IMG/VR virus record: IMGVR_UViG_3300042549_005813
Strand: one strand, 5' to 3'
Length of the DNA: 64,000 nt
Origin: a virus
The translations under genes and the position numbers were made by a program. The notes under the pieces are model-generated. The model was not told the origin of the DNA. It searched no databases and saw only the letters and a list, made by a program, of their open reading frames with translations. Shown one piece after another: positions 56,545 through 64,000 of this stretch. The stretch's first letter is position 1. Each line of letters starts with the position of its first letter.

Positions 56545-56545
56545 T

Positions 56546-57109
56546 ATGAGTGATATAATTAAATTTAATACTGCAACACAAGCATTTGGTGTTGAGCGTG
56601 GAGTAACCAAGTGTTCGGGTTATGGACTTGGTGAATTGACCAAAGGCATGAAAAAAGGTTTAGAGATTGGTTGTTCTGAGGCACACACCTCAAAGTTTCT
56701 ATTGGACACCAATCCAGAATTGACCTTATATTCAATTGATCCTTATGTTGCATACACGGACTGGAACGGTAATGTATTGAATGACCGAGAAGAATTCTTT
56801 CAACGGGTGACTAAAGAGATGGCGGTATATGGCCAACGATTTGTTTTGTTTAGAGATTTTTCGGACAATGTTGTTGACCGGTTCAACGATGGAGAATTTG
56901 ATTTCATCTTCATTGATGGATTACACACCTACGAACAATTAACAAAAGATTGTCATAACTACTATCCTAAAGTCAAAAAAGGTGGTATATTCTCTGGCCA
57001 TGACTATCAAACTATTCCTGGTGTCAATAAAGCCGTTGGCGAATTCGCACCAACTAAAACCGGCAAAGTTCTTACAACTGAATGTGATGTTTGGTACTGG
57101 TACAAATGA
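56546..57109 (+). CDS. Class I SAM-dependent methyltransferase (Methyltransf_24-like)
   Basis: LEIG, SIDPY, FIFIDGLHTYE and GHDY; start moved to ATG 56546. Confidence 0.85.
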   Translation: MSDIIKFNTATQAFGVERGVTKCSGYGLGELTKGMKKGLEIGCSEAHTSKFLLDTNPELTLYSIDPYVAYTDWNGNVLNDREEFFQRVTKEMAVYGQRFVLFRDFSDNVVDRFNDGEFDFIFIDGLHTYEQLTKDCHNYYPKVKKGGIFSGHDYQTIPGVNKAVGEFAPTKTGKVLTTECDVWYWYK

Positions 57110-57780
57110 AATCAATTTTTATCATAACATCTTGTTTGATACCTGCAATTGGTGTCTTTAGTCCAGAAGAACGTCTGAAACAAACACTAGAGACTGTTGA
57201 TTCTATTAGAAATAAATCTCCAGATTCATTCATCGTACTTTCCGATGTATCAATACAATCATTGACAGACCAGTATTCAGAACTTGTTTCTAAGGTTGAC
57301 TTATTCTTAAATTTGAATCAAGTTGATTTTTTACTACACTTTACCAAAAACGGAATGAAAAGCCAAGGTGAATGTGCGATGATGCATGTTGTATTAGACT
57401 ATCTAAAACAGAATTCGGAATTATTAGAAGGTGTTGACCGTATATTTAAAATAACTGGTCGTCTACAACTTGATGATGGTTTTGATATTAATCACTATGA
57501 TGGGTTGAATGGTAAATACGTATTCAAGGAACGCATACCAACATGGATGAGTGAACCCATTCACGGAGCAACTCATGTTTTCGATACTCGCCTTTGGTCT
57601 ATGTGTACGTCTTTGATTGATACTCATAAACAAGCCTTAGAAAAAGTGTTCCCTCTATTAGGTCCAATAGACTTGGAACACGCATATTTTGCCGTTTTAG
57701 ATAAAGAAAAAGTAGTAGAATTTGATAGAGTGTATTGCAGGGGCCAAGTGGCCTCAACGGGTGAGTGGAAATTTGATTGA
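57106..57780 (+). CDS. Hypothetical protein of glycosylation cluster
   Basis: ERLKQTLET and FKITGR motifs. Confidence 0.55.
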   Translation: MKSIFIITSCLIPAIGVFSPEERLKQTLETVDSIRNKSPDSFIVLSDVSIQSLTDQYSELVSKVDLFLNLNQVDFLLHFTKNGMKSQGECAMMHVVLDYLKQNSELLEGVDRIFKITGRLQLDDGFDINHYDGLNGKYVFKERIPTWMSEPIHGATHVFDTRLWSMCTSLIDTHKQALEKVFPLLGPIDLEHAYFAVLDKEKVVEFDRVYCRGQVASTGEWKFD

Positions 57781-57809
57781 TATAGAGTACTATATATCTA
57801 AGCCAAGAT

Positions 57810-57850
57810 TTGACAGATTTGTGAATCTGTGGTATAATCCATTATAAATA
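57810..57850 (+). promoter_or_regulatory. Tandem sigma70 and late promoters with a palindromic spacer
   Basis: TTGACA-17-TATAAT with ACAGATT-N4-AATCTGT; TATAAATA at 57843. Confidence 0.75.
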
Positions 57851-57894
57851 ACCCTACAGACAACCAAAGTGTGTTGTAATTCAATAGGTAGACA

Positions 57895-59097
57895 ATGTTA
57901 TCATTCAAAACTTTTTTAACAGAGCAAGAGGATCCTGAAGAAGGCGCCAGCCGTCAGATTAAACATTTGACGCATGTGGAAGACCGTCCTCTACAAAATG
58001 GTGAAAAAGGTGCGGCACATGCCATCAAATCATTGTCAGCTGCAGCAGAACACATTAAGGCTGGTAATAAATCATCCGAACTAACCACAAAATATGATGG
58101 TTCACCAGCACTTGTTTATGGTCATCATCCAAAGACTGGTAAATTCTTTGTTGCATCAAAGTCCGCTTTCAATAAGACACCAAAGATTAACTACACACCA
58201 AAAGATGTAGATATGAATCATGGTCACGCACCTGGTCTGGCCGCAAAGTTAAAAGATGCACTAACGCATTTACCCAAGATTGCACCTAAAAAAGGTGTAT
58301 ATCAAGGTGATATGATGTTTGGTACAGACAAGGAAGATAAGAAAACTGAAAAGGGTGGTGGTACATCGTTTCATCCTAATCCTTCTGGCCTAACATATAC
58401 TGCACACGGAACACACGAAGGTGGAGTTAAGAAGGCAAAAATTGGTGTTGTAACACACTTATCGTACCAAGGCAAAGATGCTGCAAGTCTAAATGCATCA
58501 CATGAAGTTGACCACGAAAACTTCAATAAACACTCTGATGTATTCTCTGTTGATCCAAGAATGGACACATCAAAGGTGCATTTCAGTCCAGAAGAACAAA
58601 AGAAATTCACTAAACATATTACTGCAGCTCAAGCAGTACATGATACACATGGCGGTGACATGTATGCTGGTACTAGTGAACACCATGGTGTTGGTGGTTC
58701 ATTAGAAACTTATATTAATCACACTGTACGTACAGGTGAAGAATCTAACCATAAAAACTTTAAGTCTTGGCTGGAAACAAACAAAAATAAAGCAATCGAC
58801 AAACTTAAAGTCGAAAAGAACAAGAAGGTCAAACAATCAGCTTTAAAAGATGAATTGGGTAAAGTTGAACGTAATAAAAAACATTACAACAATCTTTTCA
58901 AAATGCATGGTGAGTTACAGAAGGCTAAAGATACACTTATTGGTGTTATGAATCAACACCAAGAATTTCAACACACACACGGCGGAGAATCTGCGAATCC
59001 TGAAGGATATGTTTTTCATCACGGTAAAGAATCTGATAAGTTAGTTAACCGTGCGGAATTCTCTCGTAGAAATTTTGCTGGAATAAGAAACATATGA
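57895..59097 (+). CDS. Conserved T4-like protein with ligase-type KxDG motif; likely capsid-packaged
   Basis: HLTHVED, TKYDGSP, QGDMMF, PEGYV and KLVNRAEFS; N-terminus MLSFKTFLTE. Confidence 0.6.
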   Translation: MLSFKTFLTEQEDPEEGASRQIKHLTHVEDRPLQNGEKGAAHAIKSLSAAAEHIKAGNKSSELTTKYDGSPALVYGHHPKTGKFFVASKSAFNKTPKINYTPKDVDMNHGHAPGLAAKLKDALTHLPKIAPKKGVYQGDMMFGTDKEDKKTEKGGGTSFHPNPSGLTYTAHGTHEGGVKKAKIGVVTHLSYQGKDAASLNASHEVDHENFNKHSDVFSVDPRMDTSKVHFSPEEQKKFTKHITAAQAVHDTHGGDMYAGTSEHHGVGGSLETYINHTVRTGEESNHKNFKSWLETNKNKAIDKLKVEKNKKVKQSALKDELGKVERNKKHYNNLFKMHGELQKAKDTLIGVMNQHQEFQHTHGGESANPEGYVFHHGKESDKLVNRAEFSRRNFAGIRNI

Positions 59098-60875
59098 AAA
59101 AGTTTTTAGAAAAGTTACAAGAAGATGCACAGACCCACACACCTGTGGTGATGGCGTTTGGTCGAATGAATCCTCCAACTATTGGCCACGCTAAAGTGGT
59201 TGATAGAGTGAAACAACTTGCAAAAGACTACAAAGCACCACACCACATTATTGTGTCACATTCTATGGACACAAAGAAGAATCCATTAGACATTGCAAGT
59301 AAAATCAAACACGCAAAGAGATTCTTCCCTGACACAAACATTACCGGTTCAAGTAAAGAGAAACCAACATTTTTACAACATGCAGCTGCACTACATCAAG
59401 CAGGCCATGACCACTTGATAATGGTTGCAGGTTCAGACCGTATTCCAGAATATGAACAAAAATTAAATCAGTATAACGGAGAAGGTCCAGGTAAACTATT
59501 CAACTTTAAAAAGATAGAAGTTAAATCTGCTGGTCAACGTGACCCCGATGCAGAAGGTGCAGAAGGTATGTCTGCTTCCAAGATGCGTGACCATGCAAAG
59601 AGTGGTGATTTCAATTCGTTCAGACAAGGTGTTCCTGCACATGTTCCAGACAATCATGCTAGAGCATTGTTTCGTGATGTTCGTAAAGGTATGGGATTGA
59701 ATGAAGAATTCAATCGTGGACTATTTAAAGCAATCTTTGTGACTGGTGGACCAGGTTCAGGTAAAGACATTATTATACGTGAAGCAATTGCTGAAAATAA
59801 AGCAGTAGAATTGAATTCAGTGCAAGCATTTGACTTATTGATGGACAAACAAAAACTGTCCGAAAAAACAACCGACTATCGTAGAGAAGCTATTCGTAAC
59901 CGTGGTCCACTAATTATTAATGGACCTGCTGATGACCACACTAGAATAATTACTATTAGAGAAGAACTAGAAGAATTTGGTTATGAAACTGTTATGGTAT
60001 TTGTTGATACAACCAATGAAGCCAGTAAAGAACGTAATGAGAAGTTGACCAAGTCAATTTCAGAATCAATTAGATATGATAAGTGGCAATTAGCACAAAC
60101 TTCAAAAGAAGCATATCGTCAGAATTTTTCCAATTTTATAGATTTCAATAATAGTTCAACCTTCGAAGAAATTCAAGAAGACATTACTGACACTTACGGA
60201 AAAATAAATAGGTTCATCGAGGACAAAAATTACAATGAAATTGCGTTCTCTTGGTTGGAAAGTCGTGGTAAAATTAGTATCACATCATTATTTAAGGAAA
60301 ATGAAAATGTTAAGAAAAATTCTAGATTTTTTGAAAGTTACAAAACCAAGCGCACCAGTGGAAGTCCAACTCTCAACACCGGTACCGGTCCAAGAGCCGA
60401 AGGTCCAGGAAGTGAACTCCCAGATAATCGTGCAGGAGACATTAACGCCGACAACATCAAGTGGGATGGAAACAAAAAGCGAGGAAGTTACACCTTCAAA
60501 ACCTACAGTGAAGAAGGCCCCAGCCTCAAAGTCAGTCCAATCCCCAAAGAAGACAACTTCTCCAAGGACAAAGAAAAAGTAAAACGTAATCGTTTCAGAG
60601 ATTCACCAACTGTTAATCAACGTATGAGAAACATAACAACAGTTGGTCCAGAATTTGATACACGCCAACAGGGAACAGTATACCCTATGTCTGGTCTAGG
60701 CGATGTAACATATAGAGAACATGTAGATTTCAAAAACTTTAGAGAGTCGCATAATGATCCTGCCGATTCTGAAATGGGTGTTTACGGTGTATTGGGCGGT
60801 GCAACAAATAAAGAACCAATGGAAAATCCAAGAGATAAATTTGGTTCAAGTTCAATAAAGAAGAAAAAGAAATGA
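59094..60875 (+). CDS. HxGH-class nucleotidyltransferase fused to a P-loop kinase-like domain
   Basis: FGRMNPPTIGH, VAGSDR and MSASKMR, followed by GGPGSGKD. Confidence 0.8.
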   Translation: MKKFLEKLQEDAQTHTPVVMAFGRMNPPTIGHAKVVDRVKQLAKDYKAPHHIIVSHSMDTKKNPLDIASKIKHAKRFFPDTNITGSSKEKPTFLQHAAALHQAGHDHLIMVAGSDRIPEYEQKLNQYNGEGPGKLFNFKKIEVKSAGQRDPDAEGAEGMSASKMRDHAKSGDFNSFRQGVPAHVPDNHARALFRDVRKGMGLNEEFNRGLFKAIFVTGGPGSGKDIIIREAIAENKAVELNSVQAFDLLMDKQKLSEKTTDYRREAIRNRGPLIINGPADDHTRIITIREELEEFGYETVMVFVDTTNEASKERNEKLTKSISESIRYDKWQLAQTSKEAYRQNFSNFIDFNNSSTFEEIQEDITDTYGKINRFIEDKNYNEIAFSWLESRGKISITSLFKENENVKKNSRFFESYKTKRTSGSPTLNTGTGPRAEGPGSELPDNRAGDINADNIKWDGNKKRGSYTFKTYSEEGPSLKVSPIPKEDNFSKDKEKVKRNRFRDSPTVNQRMRNITTVGPEFDTRQQGTVYPMSGLGDVTYREHVDFKNFRESHNDPADSEMGVYGVLGGATNKEPMENPRDKFGSSSIKKKKK

Positions 60876-61084
60876 AAAAATTTACAGAGTTTGTAAGAGA
60901 ATCTACACCAGAAACATCACATTATGATGCTCAAGAAATCAAACGCCAAAAGGCTCACTTGATGTACAAAGCAAAAGAGTATGGTGACCAAGCACAAAAA
61001 GAAAAACAGTTCGGCCACGGCGGAGCAGCAGAAGCTAAAGGTGAGACTATGGTTGCAGCTGCAAAAAACATTAAAGGAGATTAA
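60872..61084 (+). CDS. Small putative internal head protein
   Basis: N-terminus MKKFTEFVRE resembles the T4 capsid-targeting sequence. Confidence 0.55.
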   Translation: MKKFTEFVRESTPETSHYDAQEIKRQKAHLMYKAKEYGDQAQKEKQFGHGGAAEAKGETMVAAAKNIKGD

Positions 61085-61085
61085 T

Positions 61086-61571
61086 ATGATAAACTTAAGA
61101 AAAAACGATGCACTTGCTGATGCGGTAAAAGAAATTTTACAACAAGAGGCACTAAAAGGCAATCAACATTTAATTGATAAAAACAAGAACAATAAAGTTG
61201 ATGCACATGATTTCAAAATTCTTCGTGGCGAAAAGAAAACCGTCAAAGAAGAAGAAACCGTTGAAGAAGGTCTTAAAGATATTGCCAAGAAAGCTTTCAA
61301 AGCTTTGACTGGTGGTTCAGATGAAGACCAACTTAAAGCACTACAGAAAAGAGCTGGTGCACCAGTTACTGGTAAAAAACCAGAACCAAAAAAAGAAGAA
61401 GTTGAAGTTTCAACACAGAAAACATTGAAGCAATTCAAAGAAAATGCATTTGACTGGAAAAAGAAACCAGAACCACAACCAAACGGCGGTTCAGGTGTCA
61501 AACAAGGTTCTCGTTACGGTGGTTCTAAACAAAAAGATAAACCAGAACAGGAAACAGACGAAAAAAAGTAA
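61086..61571 (+). CDS. Lys/Glu-rich putative head protein ending in a slippery site
   Basis: Start after AAGGAG SD; LKGNQHLIDKNKNNKVDAHDFKILR motif; ends GAA AAA AAG TAA. Confidence 0.7.
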   Translation: MINLRKNDALADAVKEILQQEALKGNQHLIDKNKNNKVDAHDFKILRGEKKTVKEEETVEEGLKDIAKKAFKALTGGSDEDQLKALQKRAGAPVTGKKPEPKKEEVEVSTQKTLKQFKENAFDWKKKPEPQPNGGSGVKQGSRYGGSKQKDKPEQETDEKK

Positions 61572-61717
61572 ATGAGGCAAAGGGACCAACCAGTCAAGAA
61601 GACGGACCTTTTGTCTCTAGTATTAATGATACACACGATTTAAAACCACTGAACCATGCAAGGTACTTGGCCAAAAAATCTTTAAATAGAGTTCAAAAAG
61701 AAATGATGAACAAATAA
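61562..61717 (+). other. Candidate -1 programmed ribosomal frameshift and 49-codon extension
   Basis: A_AAA_AAG heptamer, 11-bp stem 5 nt downstream, -1 frame open to 61717. Confidence 0.7.
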
Positions 61718-61726
61718 GGCACAATA

Positions 61727-62986
61727 ATGAGCAAAGCACAAACATTAAAATCTATAGTTAAAAGGGGGGGTGCAGAAAAGCCTTCTTTTGGAACTAATCC
61801 TTGGGATCCATGGTCCGCAAAAGCTAATATTGCGGAAGATGCTGCTTTGGATCAATATTTGACTTCTAGAGGTATCAATCCAAAACATGTTTCTAAAGAC
61901 CAAAAGGTTGCACATTCCAAGATGGGACAATTCATCAAATGGAAAAGAGACCACATGTCAGAAGCTGTAGATAGAAAAGATACAATTATCTTTGATATAC
62001 CTTTGTTGATTCGTGTATTAGAGTTTGCTCGTGAAGAATTAAAATCGGATGTACTTCTACATAAAATGGTAGAAAGACTGATTTCAATTCGTGGCAAGGG
62101 AACTTTGACCATGAATCAGTATGGTAAAATTATTAAAGAAGAAGCTGAATCTTTAGGTGAATCTTTTCCTGAATATGGTGAAAGAGCCAATAAACTTTTA
62201 AAAAGAAGTCATGAACTGTATGATAAATCTCGTTCAGAACCAGACGTTTCAAAGAAAAAAGAAATGGCTTCTAAGTCAACAAGAGCTCATGGTATTTTCA
62301 TGAAAGCCAAAGAAAAACACTTGAGTCGTCATCCTGAAGATGCAGAATCTTTACGAAACAAAACAATGTCTGGCGCAAGCAAAGATTATACAAGTGGCAA
62401 AAGATGGACTGGTGATTCTGTTGAACACTCAGATGATACGAATGTCATTTCTGAAATCAGTTCAGAAACATTGCAAAGTTATAAAGATAAAGCGATGAAG
62501 TCTTCTGATGATTTGGCTTCAAAAGGCCAATATAAAAAATCGAACGACCGTCTGTTGAATCACATGAAGGCCACAGGCAAACAAATTGACAAGACAACTG
62601 CTTCGATTAAAAAATCTTTAAATAAAGAAAATACACAAGACCCGATGGCCGCATCATCAATGCCTAATGACGGTGCAAATAGTCCCGATGATGTTGAACA
62701 ACCAAAGAATAAAAAGTTGATTCAAATGTCTAAGTCTGCTCGAATCATTAAATCCATCTATAAAAGGAAGGGAATGAAAGAGGAAATTTATGACCATGAA
62801 AAGGAAGACAAGTCTGTTGCAACTTATGGTAAAAAACCAAAAATGCAAAGTGTAAGTACTGATTTAGAAGAACCACAGGCCGCAGCGGTATTAACAGGCG
62901 GTACCACCTTGACTGGTGAAAAGAGAGATACCATCGAAATCGACCCTATGTTGAAGATGCGTAAACCAGTTTCTGGAAAAAGATAA
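61727..62986 (+). CDS. Charged hypothetical protein, possibly an internal head protein
   Basis: Repeated I/L/M-x-E sites resembling gp21 cleavage sites; DIPLLIRVLEFARE. Confidence 0.6.
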   Translation: MSKAQTLKSIVKRGGAEKPSFGTNPWDPWSAKANIAEDAALDQYLTSRGINPKHVSKDQKVAHSKMGQFIKWKRDHMSEAVDRKDTIIFDIPLLIRVLEFAREELKSDVLLHKMVERLISIRGKGTLTMNQYGKIIKEEAESLGESFPEYGERANKLLKRSHELYDKSRSEPDVSKKKEMASKSTRAHGIFMKAKEKHLSRHPEDAESLRNKTMSGASKDYTSGKRWTGDSVEHSDDTNVISEISSETLQSYKDKAMKSSDDLASKGQYKKSNDRLLNHMKATGKQIDKTTASIKKSLNKENTQDPMAASSMPNDGANSPDDVEQPKNKKLIQMSKSARIIKSIYKRKGMKEEIYDHEKEDKSVATYGKKPKMQSVSTDLEEPQAAAVLTGGTTLTGEKRDTIEIDPMLKMRKPVSGKR

Positions 62987-63022
62987 ATAGTAAATATAAC
63001 CCACGGTTAAAAGGAGAATAAC

Positions 63023-63892
63023 ATGTCATCTTGGGGAAATAACGATAACGCAGCTAATGCACCATATTGGGCTGTTGAGACAGTACAAACAACAAATGCG
63101 CCAGTTGCATCCGCACCAACAGCAGCAAACGTTGCACTGTTATATGGTAATACACAATTCCAGGCATATACACAAGGTATGACTGTTGGATTGTTCATGG
63201 TAGATGCTACAGAGACCACTGCTGGTGGTGATAATGTAGTGGATATCTCATTGTCAAATCAAGGTGCTGGATATGTTGAAGCACCTGGTGTTTCTATTGT
63301 AGCTAGTGCTGGTGCATATAGTGCAACTGCAACCGCTACTATTGCTGCTGGCCTGGTGAGTAATATTACAGTTGCAAACACAGGTGTTGGTTACACATCA
63401 ACTCCAGCAGTTACAATTCAAGTTCCAGTATTAACTGTTCCAACAGCTTCAGTAATTGCTGCTAATAACGTAGTAATGTATACTGCTCACGGTCAAGCAA
63501 ATAGTGCTGCTCTTGTTTTCAATTGGGGTGGTACTGCTAACATTGCTGGTTTAACAAATGCAAACACATATTATGTTGTACCCGTTGATGCAAACCGTTT
63601 CTCATTGGCAACAACTGCTGCAAATGCTGCAAACAACGTTGTTATTGATATCACATCTACCGGTGAAACAGGACAATTCTTTACGATTGTTGATGGTGTA
63701 CGTGCAACAGCAATTGCAAGTCGTGGTTTAAGTCAAAGTGTTAGTGGTGCAGAACACGCAACACACATTGGTTGGAACATAAAAACAGTTGGTTCCGGTG
63801 GCCGTGCAGGTCGTGTTCAATACGAAACGTTAGTTGCCATTTCCGAAGTTATAGGTGATGGTTCAGACGATATTTCTTTACCTGACGCTTAA
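63023..63892 (+). CDS. Virion structural protein
   Basis: Late-promoter-like site and AAGGAG SD; GAGY/GVGY repeats; GRAGRVQYETLVA. Confidence 0.6.
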   Translation: MSSWGNNDNAANAPYWAVETVQTTNAPVASAPTAANVALLYGNTQFQAYTQGMTVGLFMVDATETTAGGDNVVDISLSNQGAGYVEAPGVSIVASAGAYSATATATIAAGLVSNITVANTGVGYTSTPAVTIQVPVLTVPTASVIAANNVVMYTAHGQANSAALVFNWGGTANIAGLTNANTYYVVPVDANRFSLATTAANAANNVVIDITSTGETGQFFTIVDGVRATAIASRGLSQSVSGAEHATHIGWNIKTVGSGGRAGRVQYETLVAISEVIGDGSDDISLPDA

Positions 63893-63919
63893 TAAAAGGG
63901 GCTTCGGCCCCTCTATAAT

Positions 63920-64000
63920 ATGTTCGATGAATTGAATGAAGATAATTTTATGATGTATGCTGCAAAATGCTATACATCACCACATTGCATTATGTCGGAA
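63920..64000 (+). CDS. Conserved T4-like hypothetical protein (5' part, truncated by window)
   Basis: MFDELNEDNFMMYAAKCY..P.C. Confidence 0.55.
   Translation, partial: MFDELNEDNFMMYAAKCYTSPHCIMSE

Noticed and set aside
61572-61643. Separate 23-codon ORF or stop read-through after 61571
   Set aside because: It is short, has no clear SD and does not fill the gap; the -1 frame explains the region better.

Overview
This is a 64-kb segment of an AT-rich T4-like myovirus genome, with nearly all genes on the + strand. The host is probably a Gram-negative proteobacterium; that is an inference from the PbpG-like, HtrL-like and rubrerythrin genes. Gene order: tail/virion accessory genes; gp13-gp23 and gp3; uvsY-uvsW; gp55; gp47/gp46; peptide deformylase; dNMP kinase; gp45/gp44/gp62; regA; hsp20; a tRNA region of about 29 tRNAs plus one tRNA-like RNA, covering all 20 amino acids (33.3-42.9 kb); gp43; uvsX; gp41; a glycosylation cluster; and likely capsid-packaged proteins. 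The most striking unannotated element sits in front of the tRNA array. A sigma70 promoter drives a leaderless 36-codon ORF (35558-35668) that contains all 20 amino acids and 30 different sense codons. It is followed by mutually exclusive antiterminator and terminator helices, so it looks like an attenuator that could sense shortage of nearly any tRNA and switch on the phage tRNA array. Other notable items: rrn-like boxA promoter modules; four unexplained structured RNAs between tRNAs; several non-canonical tRNAs; a ROSE-like thermometer upstream of hsp20; a classic -1 frameshift cassette at 61562; and two DruA/DUF4338-like paralogues. All calls were made by eye from motifs and synteny; no database searches were run.
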